Shown: positions 10,492 to 20,033 of the stretch, piece by piece
How the letters are laid out: every line of letters starts with the position of its first letter
How positions within the stretch are numbered: the stretch's first letter is position 1
Source: Candidatus Helarchaeota archaeon
GTDB taxonomy: Archaea; Asgardarchaeota; Lokiarchaeia; Helarchaeales; RDOG01
Assembly: GCA_019058315.1 (NCBI GenBank)
Contig: JAHPZH010000002.1
Span: 384,001 to 448,000, forward strand
Reading direction: 5' to 3'
Length of the DNA: 64,000 bases
The notes under the pieces: generated by a model
The model's input: only the letters and a program-made list of their open reading frames with translations
What the model was told of the DNA's origin: nothing
Database searches by the model: none
Program-made: the position numbers and the translations under genes

Positions 10492-11532
10492 ATGATAGAA
10501 ATAAAATTTAATAAAAAGGTCACTTTAAAAGAGCACACCATTTTCTCAATAGTATTTTCTCACAATAACCGTTATTTTCTTAATGTTCTCAGCCCGTATT
10601 CTCCTCAGAGTGATTTTATTAATGTTAGGGAGTTAGAAACTGGAAAACTTGTTTGCTCGTTTAAATATGAAAATAGAGTAAAATCAATTGCAGTTTCTTC
10701 TAACATTTTCTATATTTTAAGTGGGTCAGAAGTCTGGGAGTTGGATTCAAGTAGTGCATGGACTCATAATCTAATATGGTCTCAAGGATGTTCTCAAAAT
10801 TTGTGGGGTAATCTTATTGAAATCTCACCTGATGGTCGTTATGTAATAACACAATCTGAGGGTAATACTATTAAGGTTCTAGAGATACGGTCTGGAAAAC
10901 AACTGTTTAAAATTGGAGGACATAGATATCCCATAAAGAAGATAAATGTCTCTCTTGATAATCGCTATATTATGACTACATCCGAAGATAAAACCATGAA
11001 AATTTGGGAATTTAATACAGGTAGATTAGTTCACACTTTAAAAAAGAACCATGATTTTGGTTCGAGTTTATTCTCTTCTGATGGAGGATATTTGATAACT
11101 GTAGCTGACTATAATAACCTCAATGTTTGGGAGCTAGAATCAGGAAATCTCAAACATAATATTAAAGGACATAAGAGTTATATTGACACATTAAATACTT
11201 TTGGAAATTATGTAATATCGGGATCTAGAGATAAAACCATTAAAATTTGGGAATTAACCACTGGTAAATTATTACATACACTTAAAGAACATACTGCTGG
11301 TGTGAGTTCAATCGCAATATCACCCGATGGGCGTTATCTATTTAGTGGATCAATTGATAAGACTGTTAAAGTTTGGGAATTACTCACAGGTAAATTATTA
11401 AAAACACTTGAAGGGCATGATGATTGGATAACTTCAGTTATGGTCTCTCCAAATGGTCGCTATATTATAACTACATCTTCTGCTGGTCCTAATCGTAGTC
11501 AAGAATATATCATCTGGCTGGTCGAATATTGA
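10492..11532 (+). CDS. WD40 repeat protein
   Basis: GH...SGSRDKTIKIWE, SPDGRYLFSGSIDKTVKVWE repeats. Confidence 0.93.
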   Translation: MIEIKFNKKVTLKEHTIFSIVFSHNNRYFLNVLSPYSPQSDFINVRELETGKLVCSFKYENRVKSIAVSSNIFYILSGSEVWELDSSSAWTHNLIWSQGCSQNLWGNLIEISPDGRYVITQSEGNTIKVLEIRSGKQLFKIGGHRYPIKKINVSLDNRYIMTTSEDKTMKIWEFNTGRLVHTLKKNHDFGSSLFSSDGGYLITVADYNNLNVWELESGNLKHNIKGHKSYIDTLNTFGNYVISGSRDKTIKIWELTTGKLLHTLKEHTAGVSSIAISPDGRYLFSGSIDKTVKVWELLTGKLLKTLEGHDDWITSVMVSPNGRYIITTSSAGPNRSQEYIIWLVEY

Positions 11533-11546
11533 TTAAAGAATAAGTT

Positions 11547-13076
11547 CTAGTAGATTTGGATTATTTTTTTTAATCTTTCTTCAGTTTTTTCATATTCTTC
11601 CTCACTTAATGGGTTATCATAAAGATATACTTTTTTTAATTTAAGAAGTTCTTTTAAGCCTTCTATTTTATTGATTTGATTGTCATAAAGACTTAAGAAT
11701 TGTAATTCAGCAAGCTTTTCTAATCCCTCTATTTTTGTAATATTGTTAGAACCAAGTTTTAAATCTTCCAATTGGTATAAATTTTCCAATCCCTCTAATT
11801 TTGTAATTTGATTATTACTCAAATCTAAATAATTTAAATTTTTAAGATTTTGTAATCCCTTAATTCTTTCAATTTCATTATGAGAAAGGTCTAATTCTTT
11901 TAATTGAAAAAGACTATCTAATCCTTCTATTTCGGCAATTTGATTACTAAATAGATCCAAATTCTGTAATAGGGAAAGACTTTCTAACATCTCTATTTTT
12001 GTAATTTCATTTGAATCAAGGGACAATTCTCTTAATTGTGAAAGTTGATGAATACCCTCTATTTTATTAATTTGATTATTATTAATACTTAATTCTTGTA
12101 ACTCTATCAGATATTCTAACCCCTCTATCTTTGAAATTTTGTTATTAGAAAGCCCCAAATCTTGTAATTTAATAAGTTTATTTAAATTCTCTATCTTTAT
12201 AACTTGATTTGCACTCAAATATAATCTATTTAATTGTATAAGATTCTCCAAATTTTCAATTTTTTCAATATCATTCTCTGAAAGATTTAAATATTCTAAT
12301 TCAGAAAGCTTTTCCAAGCCTTCTATCTTTGTAATTTTATTATGATCAAGGCTCAATTCTTTTAAATGTGTAAGAACTTCCAATCTTTGGATTTTAGATA
12401 TCTCATTTTCTCCTAGATATAATGATTGCAATTGAGAAGAATTTTCTAACCCCATAATTTCTGTGATTTTATTTTCAGTAAGCATTAACATTCTCAATTG
12501 TGTAAGATTTTCTAAACCTTCAATTTTTGTGATTTGATTATTATAAAAGATTAATTCTTGTAATCGAGAGAGCCTTTCTAAACCTTCTATTTTTGAAATT
12601 TTATTTGAATTAAAGTTTAATTTTCTTAAGTTAATAAGACTTTCTAACCCCTCTATTTTTGAAATTTGGTTACGAATAAGATTTAATTCTTGTAACTGGG
12701 AAATTCCCGACAACCCTTTTATCTTTGTTATCATATTAATGGATAAGTCTAATATTTTTAATTGAAAAAGTCCCTCTAATCCTTCAATTTTCTTAATATG
12801 ATTGTCTTTAATGAATAATTCCTGTAATTGGTTTAATCTATTTAAGCCTTCTATTTTTGTAATCTGATTATGTCCAAGATCTAAGGATTGTAATTGGGTA
12901 AAATCTGAAAGTAATATTGGAATTTTTTTCAAATTTTTATTTAATAATACAAGTTTAACTATATTACCTTCATTATTAATTTCAAAATCGTTATCATTTA
13001 ATTTAAATTTCTCCATTAATTCTTCCATTGTTGTTTTTTCTCGAAGTTCTTTGATTTGATTTATTTTTTCAATCAT
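11547..13076 (-). CDS. SDS22-type leucine-rich repeat protein
   Basis: About 20 22-aa repeats LxxLxLxxNxIxKIEGLExL; YDNPL cap. Confidence 0.95.
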   Translation of the reverse strand: MIEKINQIKELREKTTMEELMEKFKLNDNDFEINNEGNIVKLVLLNKNLKKIPILLSDFTQLQSLDLGHNQITKIEGLNRLNQLQELFIKDNHIKKIEGLEGLFQLKILDLSINMITKIKGLSGISQLQELNLIRNQISKIEGLESLINLRKLNFNSNKISKIEGLERLSRLQELIFYNNQITKIEGLENLTQLRMLMLTENKITEIMGLENSSQLQSLYLGENEISKIQRLEVLTHLKELSLDHNKITKIEGLEKLSELEYLNLSENDIEKIENLENLIQLNRLYLSANQVIKIENLNKLIKLQDLGLSNNKISKIEGLEYLIELQELSINNNQINKIEGIHQLSQLRELSLDSNEITKIEMLESLSLLQNLDLFSNQIAEIEGLDSLFQLKELDLSHNEIERIKGLQNLKNLNYLDLSNNQITKLEGLENLYQLEDLKLGSNNITKIEGLEKLAELQFLSLYDNQINKIEGLKELLKLKKVYLYDNPLSEEEYEKTEERLKKIIQIY

Positions 13077-13264
13077 TTTATAACCTAAATACTCAATCCT
13101 AAATTTTTATTATAAAAAAATAATCAATTAAAAATTTATGTGTTAATTAAAAAACTTGGTATTCCAACTGAATTAAAATTATTCAGAACTAAATTTTCTC
13201 AAAAATAAAAGTATTTAAACGATTAACTTTTACTTTTATTAATTTATTAGTAGAGGAATATTCC

Positions 13265-15283
13265 ATGTTACCAATAAATAAAGTAATATTGTTTAAAACA
13301 GGAATCGGATGTTTCGAAAGACAAGGAAAAGTTGATTTAAAAAAGAAAACTATTGATTTGAGCTTTAAGAGAAAGGTTATGAACGATTTATTAGCCACTT
13401 TATCAATTGCGACAAAAAACAGTCTAGTTACTGGAATTAGTTATGAAGGTTCTGAAATCGATCTTGAAAGGGCATTAGAAGATGCTCTTATCAAAATACC
13501 TCCCGAAGATTCTTTTCTAAATTTATTAAAACAATTAGTAGGTAGCAATATAACATTAACAATTGCTGGAGAAATAATTGAAGGAGTAATACTTGGTATA
13601 CAGAGAATGAAAAAAGGTCTTGATAAAGCAATCATTAATGAACCTTATCTGGTATTAAGTGAAAAAGGTGGAACTGTAAAAAATCTTAAAATTTCTGATC
13701 TAACTGGTCCTAATTCCAAATTATCAGTTAGCGATGAAAAGATGAATAAGGAGTTAAAATTCTTTATAGAGAAGATGTATACAAGTAGAAAGAAAGATAT
13801 GAAATCTTTAACGATATTCTTCGAAGGGGAAGGAGAAGATGAAGTTACAGTCACTTATTTACACGAGATGCCAAGCTGGAAAGTTTCGTACCGATTAACT
13901 TTTATAGAAGAGGACAATTTTATTCAAGGTTGGGCTCTAATCGATAATACATTAGATGAAGACTGGGAAAATATAGAATTAAGCCTTGTAGCTGGATTGC
14001 CTATAAGTTTTATCTATGATCTATACACACCTAATTGGATTCAACGCCCAACAGTTGCTAGACGAGAAAAATATGATATTGAAGTAACCGAATACGAAGA
14101 AGAAATGGACAATTTAATGGATATGGCAAAAAAGTCAGAAGAAATGGCTATGCCTACAACAGCCACAACAACTCCTGCACCAGCCCAATTCGGAGGAGCA
14201 GGAGCATTTAGAGCTCTAGCCAAGCAAAAAAGCGTATATGGAGCAAAAGATAGAGCTAATGCAGAAGCCCGACTAGATTCTACAAAAGTAGAAGCCAAGG
14301 GAGAGGAAGCTGGGGATTTCTTCGAATATAAAATAATGGTTCCAGTCACTGTTAAACGAAACCAAAGTTCATTAGTGCCGATATTGCAAGCTAAGATTAC
14401 GGGTAATAAAATGAGTGTATATAATGAATCGGTTAGAGCTGATAATCCAATGTTATGTTGCGAAATTGAGAATGATTCCGGACTTACTCTAGAGGAAGGA
14501 CCAGTTACGGTATACGAAATGTCCACCTTTGTAGGTGAGGCGATGTTACCTTTCATTAGACAAGGAGAAAAAAGACGAATCCCATACTCGGTCGATTTAG
14601 GGATTACAGTTGAAACTAAATGGAAAGAAAAGTATGTAGATATTCATAAGATTCAGCTTGGAGAAGATTACTTGTATAGTTTTAATTATTATAAAAAGCA
14701 ATGTAAATATACTGTTAAGAACAAATCTGAAGAGGGTCGTGAAGTAATAATTGAATTTCCCAAGGAATATGGCTATGAGCTCTATGATACAGATGATAAT
14801 AAGCCTTTTGAAGAGAGTAAGAATTTTTATCGATATAAAGTTAAAGTAGATCCCAAAACACAAGCAAAACTGTTGGTTAAAAGCAGAAGAGTTGACAAAT
14901 CGACATATTATTTCCAGAATGTTTCAAAATCAGACATTGATCTATGGTATAAACAAAAATTAATTACTGATGCTGAATATGAGTTTCTTTTAAAAATTTG
15001 GGAATTGAATAATGAAAAAAGAGAAGTTGATAACCAGATCAACGATTTGCAGAACAAGAAAAATAGTATCATTAATGATCAAAATAGATTAAGGCAGAAC
15101 TTACGAAGTATTGGAACAAGTAGGAGTGAAGAACGGCTTAGAAACAAATATATTACAAAATTAGACGAGCAAGAGGTTCAATTAGAAAATATTGAGGCAG
15201 AAATTAAAGAATTAACTAAAAAAAGTGAGGATTTGGAACTAAAAATTAATGAAGAAATTCGAAAACGACCTGTGGAAGTGTAA
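13265..15283 (+). CDS. DUF4139-family protein, subunit A (cassette 2)
   Basis: Collinear close paralog of 5021..7036 with long identical peptide stretches. Confidence 0.8.
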   Translation: MLPINKVILFKTGIGCFERQGKVDLKKKTIDLSFKRKVMNDLLATLSIATKNSLVTGISYEGSEIDLERALEDALIKIPPEDSFLNLLKQLVGSNITLTIAGEIIEGVILGIQRMKKGLDKAIINEPYLVLSEKGGTVKNLKISDLTGPNSKLSVSDEKMNKELKFFIEKMYTSRKKDMKSLTIFFEGEGEDEVTVTYLHEMPSWKVSYRLTFIEEDNFIQGWALIDNTLDEDWENIELSLVAGLPISFIYDLYTPNWIQRPTVARREKYDIEVTEYEEEMDNLMDMAKKSEEMAMPTTATTTPAPAQFGGAGAFRALAKQKSVYGAKDRANAEARLDSTKVEAKGEEAGDFFEYKIMVPVTVKRNQSSLVPILQAKITGNKMSVYNESVRADNPMLCCEIENDSGLTLEEGPVTVYEMSTFVGEAMLPFIRQGEKRRIPYSVDLGITVETKWKEKYVDIHKIQLGEDYLYSFNYYKKQCKYTVKNKSEEGREVIIEFPKEYGYELYDTDDNKPFEESKNFYRYKVKVDPKTQAKLLVKSRRVDKSTYYFQNVSKSDIDLWYKQKLITDAEYEFLLKIWELNNEKREVDNQINDLQNKKNSIINDQNRLRQNLRSIGTSRSEERLRNKYITKLDEQEVQLENIEAEIKELTKKSEDLELKINEEIRKRPVEV

Positions 15284-15287
15284 TTAA

Positions 15288-17534
15288 ATGTTAGAAATAA
15301 CAAAAGCAATTTTATATAAAACTGGAATTGGCTACTTTGAGCGTATAGGAAAAATCGATTTTAATAAATCAAATAAGATAATTCTATCTTTCAAGAAGAA
15401 GCTTATGAATGATGTTCTAGCATCTCTTTCGGTCTCGGGCAAATCCAGCTTAGTCACTGGAGTTTCTTATGAAGGACACGACATAGATCTGGCAAGAGCA
15501 CTAGAAGATGCTCTTATTAAGGTACCGAATGAAAATTCTTTTATTTCCTTACTAAAACAGACCGTAGGCTCTCAAATTGAAATCAAGATTGGAAGTGAAG
15601 TTATTAAAGGGATTGTTCTTGGAATTCAAAGTTATGAAGTTGGGGTAGAAGGAACAAAAGAAAAAATCCAAGAACCTTTTTTAGTTTTAGCTGATGAAAG
15701 TGGGGATATAAAAAATATCAAAGTAGCAGATATGACTGGTCCTGATGCAACATTTTATTTAACTGATGAAAAAATGAACAAAGAATTACAATATTTCCTA
15801 GAAACAATCTATAGTTCAAAGAAACGTGATGCTAAAACGATGACAATTTTTCTAGAACAAAAACCAGATTCCCCTAATGAATCCGAAGTTTCAATATCTT
15901 ACCTGCATGAAGTCCCTTCATGGAAGGCCAGCTACAGACTTTTAGTATTTCCAGGTGGAGAAACCATCATTCAGGGTTTTGGTTTAATCGATAACCCAAC
16001 AGATGAAGATTGGAATAGTATTAATTTATCACTAATATCTGGATTACCAGTATCATTTATATACGATCTTTATTCCCCAAATTGGATAAAACGTCCTTTT
16101 GTTGCACGTAGGGAAAGTTATGATATCACTCCGACTACTTATGAGGAGGATATATCTGGATCTGATCAAACTCTTGATGGTGCTCCAATGGAATTAGGGG
16201 CAGTCACGAAGATCCCACGGGTTACGTCCGGGTCTACAGCTAACTTGAGAGATGAAAGAGAAAGAATGCAGAGAGTTTTAGAATCAACAAAAGTTGCTGC
16301 TGCAGGATCTGAAGGTGGAGACTTCTTCGAGTACGAGATAACAGTTCCTATAACTGTAAAACGAAATGAATCGTCATTAGTCCCAATATTACAATCTGAA
16401 ATAAAAGCAAATAGAATGTCAGTTTATAATGAAAAAGTCCGTAAGGATAATCCAATGCTAACAGTAGAATTGACAAATAACACTAATTTGACTTTAGAAG
16501 AGGGTCCTATATCAATCTATGAAGCAGGAACTTTCTCAGGAGAGGGAATGTTACCATTTCTAAAAAAGGAAGAAAAGCGAAGGATCGGTTATGCTGTAGA
16601 TCTTGGTGTTCTCGTTACCACAAAGACTGAAGAAGACTCATTAGATTTTCATCAAATTAGAATTGCACGTAATCTTCAAGGATACCGATACAGAATAAAA
16701 AAAGTCGAATATACTATAAAAAATAAAACTGATGAGCAAAAAGAAATCGTCATAGAACATCCAAAGATTAAAAAATGGGACTTATTTGAAACCAAAGATC
16801 CATTTGAAGAGTCGAAAAATTTCTATCGATATAAACAGACATTAGCTCCCAATACTTCAGAGAAGCTTCTTATAAAGACTAGAAATGTTGAAATTGAATA
16901 CAGATACTATTCAAATGTTTCAAAATATGATATTGAAGCTTGGTATGAATTAAAATTAATCAATGACGAACAAAAAGAATTTTTAATGAAAATCTGGAGA
17001 GCAACCACCAAACTAAGCGATTTAAGAGCTGAAATTCAATCTTTACAGAATGATAAAAACAACATTTCAACGGATCAAAATCGTCTTCGTGAAAATATTA
17101 AAGTTCTTAAAATAAGCCATGGCGAACGTCAACTTCGTGAGAAGTATATTAAAAAATTAGAAGATCAAGAAGAAATCCTTGAAAAGATTGAAGCAAAAAT
17201 CGAAAAAATACAAAAAGAAGTTAAGAATTACGAATATCTTATTAGCAAATTAAATGAGTTAAATTATAATAATGCCTCCTCCCTAAATAGTGTCGCTTGG
17301 GGATTCTGGCTAATTAAAGACGCTGAAACATGTGTAGAATATGCTAAAAAATCAATTGATCTCGATCCTACACGAAGTTCTACCTGGGATACTTTAGCTT
17401 GTGGCTTATATGGAATTGGAAAAATTAAAGAAAGTTATGAAGCATTTCAGAAAGCTATAGAATTAAAGCCTAAAGGTGAAGAAGGTTTAACTAAAGAAGT
17501 TTGGGAAAAAGTGAAGTCTCAATACAATCCTTAA
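15288..17534 (+). CDS. DUF4139-family protein, subunit B with C-terminal TPR (cassette 2)
   Basis: Same length (748 aa) as and collinear with 7038..9284. Confidence 0.8.
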   Translation: MLEITKAILYKTGIGYFERIGKIDFNKSNKIILSFKKKLMNDVLASLSVSGKSSLVTGVSYEGHDIDLARALEDALIKVPNENSFISLLKQTVGSQIEIKIGSEVIKGIVLGIQSYEVGVEGTKEKIQEPFLVLADESGDIKNIKVADMTGPDATFYLTDEKMNKELQYFLETIYSSKKRDAKTMTIFLEQKPDSPNESEVSISYLHEVPSWKASYRLLVFPGGETIIQGFGLIDNPTDEDWNSINLSLISGLPVSFIYDLYSPNWIKRPFVARRESYDITPTTYEEDISGSDQTLDGAPMELGAVTKIPRVTSGSTANLRDERERMQRVLESTKVAAAGSEGGDFFEYEITVPITVKRNESSLVPILQSEIKANRMSVYNEKVRKDNPMLTVELTNNTNLTLEEGPISIYEAGTFSGEGMLPFLKKEEKRRIGYAVDLGVLVTTKTEEDSLDFHQIRIARNLQGYRYRIKKVEYTIKNKTDEQKEIVIEHPKIKKWDLFETKDPFEESKNFYRYKQTLAPNTSEKLLIKTRNVEIEYRYYSNVSKYDIEAWYELKLINDEQKEFLMKIWRATTKLSDLRAEIQSLQNDKNNISTDQNRLRENIKVLKISHGERQLREKYIKKLEDQEEILEKIEAKIEKIQKEVKNYEYLISKLNELNYNNASSLNSVAWGFWLIKDAETCVEYAKKSIDLDPTRSSTWDTLACGLYGIGKIKESYEAFQKAIELKPKGEEGLTKEVWEKVKSQYNP

Positions 17535-17564
17535 TAAAACTCTTTTTTTAATTTCTATATTTTT

Positions 17565-17880
17565 TTAAAACCCATAATTTGTAGTTTCATTAAAAATATG
17601 TTTAGATTCTATTAGAAAGACATCTTTTTGCCAAATTCTTAAAGAAATTTTTTTAATTTCTCCATTAATAATGAGCTTATCTCCTGCTTGTATATCAGTA
17701 CTAAAGATAGAACTGCCACGCCCCCAAGCAACTACTGGAATTTCATTAGGAACGCCGTGAATTCTTTCATCCAATTTTAAGATAAAACTAATTATTACAC
17801 CATGAGAGGCAGAATATTTAACTTTCCTTTCAGTTACTGTTCCACGTATAGTACCCTTAAAAATTGGTTTTTGGTAACAT
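17565..17880 (-). pseudogene. Small OB-fold (SSB-like) protein gene with a +1 frameshift near its start (frameshifted or recoded CDS)
   Basis: GGAGG SD (17886-17890), then ATG TTA CCA AAA ACC AAT TTT TAA. The +1 frame continues open as KGTIRGTVTERKVKYSASHGVIISFILKLDERIHGVPNEIPVVAWGRG...IQAGDKLIINGEIK to the stop at 17565, giving about 104 aa. Confidence 0.6.
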
Positions 17881-17987
17881 ATACACCTCCATAGGATTTT
17901 TTAAAATCTAATAAATTATTTATGGATAAAATTGCTATTTATATTTTGAAATAAATGGGATATATGTGATTAAAAAAGGAAAATAAA

Positions 17988-18560
17988 ATGAGTCGTCGAA
18001 TAAAGAAAAAAGTTTCCAAAGACGTAGGAGCTAAGATGGCTGGTTTAGACAAGCTCCAATTGAAAATTATGAAGGGTTTAAGTAGGACTAAATCAATTTT
18101 CCAAAATATAAAAATAAAAAGGGAGAATAAAGAAAAAGAAATGGATATTACAGAAAAAACACAATCAGAAATAGCTAAAATAAGTAAAAAACTTGAAAAT
18201 AATGAAAATATATTTGAAAAAATTTCAAAACAAATAACAGTTCAAGGGGAAATATTATCACAAAGAGTTGCAAGATTTCAAGAAGTTATGAAAGGTCTTG
18301 TAATTAAAAGTGAAGAATTGGAAGAATTTGGAAAGGCTCCGGTTGAAGGACACATGACAGTCGAGGATATAGAAAGTTTCTTAGCTACATTATACGAAAA
18401 TTATGGTATGATGCAACGAACGTATGAGGAAACTAAGGATGATGCCTTTTTAGAAATGGCTATGGATACACAGTTAGCAATTCAGGAGATTAATGAAATT
18501 AAAGGGTATTTAATAGAACGTGGACGATTCGATAAAGAATTTGATTCACTAGGAATATAA
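17988..18560 (+). CDS. Hypothetical coiled-coil protein (basic N-half, acidic C-half)
   Basis: 190-aa ORF with helical/heptad character. Confidence 0.7.
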   Translation: MSRRIKKKVSKDVGAKMAGLDKLQLKIMKGLSRTKSIFQNIKIKRENKEKEMDITEKTQSEIAKISKKLENNENIFEKISKQITVQGEILSQRVARFQEVMKGLVIKSEELEEFGKAPVEGHMTVEDIESFLATLYENYGMMQRTYEETKDDAFLEMAMDTQLAIQEINEIKGYLIERGRFDKEFDSLGI

Positions 18561-18600
18561 AAATAATTTTTACATAATATTAAATAAAAAGGAGAGGATA

Positions 18601-19542
18601 ATGGAAAGTTTACCTAATTGGCATCCATATTGGTCATCATTTCCTAATGAACTTGAATATAGTGATTTAGATACAGCTGTAATTGACTTTATAATGAGTT
18701 GCTATCACAAAGTGGAGGGGGGATTTGGAGATTATAAGACGGAAAAAGAGCCGTATGTAAGCTCAACAGCTAAAGGGTTAATTTGTCTAGATTTATTAAA
18801 AAAAATAGATATGGTAAAAAGAATCGATATATATTCATTTTTAAGAGGTTGTCAAAATTCTGATTTTGGATTTGCTATTACAACTTCGAAAAGTGATTTA
18901 TATCCATCAAACTTAGAAAGCACTTATTATAGTATAATCGCAATAAACCTGATTGGATATTTACCTCGTTTAAAACTTCACCAACCTAAAATAATTAATT
19001 GGGTTCTTTCCCACTATAATTTCGATGGAGGATTTCATAGTGATGAAAGTGTTGTTTCTAACGAATATTACACATTTCAGGCTTTATTAATATTGAATCT
19101 TTTAAAGGGTCTTGATAGAATAGACCCAAATTTAACGGTAAGTTATTTAATTAATAGACAAACCTTTAAAAACCCTGAAGTCACATTGACAACAAGCCAG
19201 CTTCTATCCTTATATCTGCTAATAAGTCCAGAAGAAGTAATAGATAGATTGAATATCAAGGTTTCAACTAGTCGTTTATTACGTTGTCAAAACAAGACGG
19301 GAGGATTTCGTAAGAAAAAAATAGATTTAATATATAAATCCGATATGCTTTATACATTCCAAGCTATTATAGGATTAACTATTATAAGAAAGCTGACAAG
19401 AATTAACAAAGAAAAAGCAATTGAATGGATAATTTCTTGTCAAAATGATGATGGTGGTTTTGGAAACAAACCAAATGCAAAATCGTCCCTTTCAAATACA
19501 TTCTATGCTTTAATATCATTATATCATCTGACGAGTCTATAA
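18601..19542 (+). CDS. Prenyltransferase/squalene-oxidase-repeat protein resembling a GGTase beta subunit
   Basis: Repeated motifs CQNSDFGF, HYNFDGGF, CQNKTGGF, CQNDDGGFGNKP...SNTFYAL. Confidence 0.8.
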   Translation: MESLPNWHPYWSSFPNELEYSDLDTAVIDFIMSCYHKVEGGFGDYKTEKEPYVSSTAKGLICLDLLKKIDMVKRIDIYSFLRGCQNSDFGFAITTSKSDLYPSNLESTYYSIIAINLIGYLPRLKLHQPKIINWVLSHYNFDGGFHSDESVVSNEYYTFQALLILNLLKGLDRIDPNLTVSYLINRQTFKNPEVTLTTSQLLSLYLLISPEEVIDRLNIKVSTSRLLRCQNKTGGFRKKKIDLIYKSDMLYTFQAIIGLTIIRKLTRINKEKAIEWIISCQNDDGGFGNKPNAKSSLSNTFYALISLYHLTSL

Positions 19543-19912
19543 GTTATGGAATTTTAATTTAAATTATTCTGCAAAAAAACTGATTTTACCGATAAAATTT
19601 AAATTTTTGAAACTTCTAGCGATGAAAAACTATAATCAGATCTTCGGTGTATTTTGAAATTCATCATAAAAAATTGGCGCCTTATGAAATTATGTTCTAC
19701 CTTTGCTATCTCCTAAGGTTTTTACCAAATTCAAAAACAAAGGTGTAAAAAGCTTTTTCTCAAGATTTTAAGGATCTATATCTCATAAAATCAAAAAATA
19801 AGCCTTTAGAAACGAGATAGCTTAAACAATCGATATGACAAAAATCATCTGATCTAGAAAAAAGTTATGAGAAATTTGTCGAATATGAGAATTTGATATT
19901 GAAATCGAATGC

Positions 19913-19920
19913 TTTATATA
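19913..19920 (+). promoter_or_regulatory. Candidate TATA box of the histone gene
   Basis: TTTATATA about 115 nt upstream of the histone ATG, in a 490-bp intergenic region. Confidence 0.35.
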
Positions 19921-20033
19921 GGAGTTTTGGTTGAAAGTTTCATAATTGAACTAATATTTCGAAATACCATTTCGAAAAAAAATTAAAATTAAAAAAAAAT
20001 CGATTAAAAAAAAATAAATTTGAGGGAAAAAAT

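Noticed and set aside
14041-14556. Antisense ORFs within the DUF4139 genes and others such as 50932..51483 and 46254..46634
   Set aside because: Shadow ORFs opposite well-supported genes, with typical antisense composition
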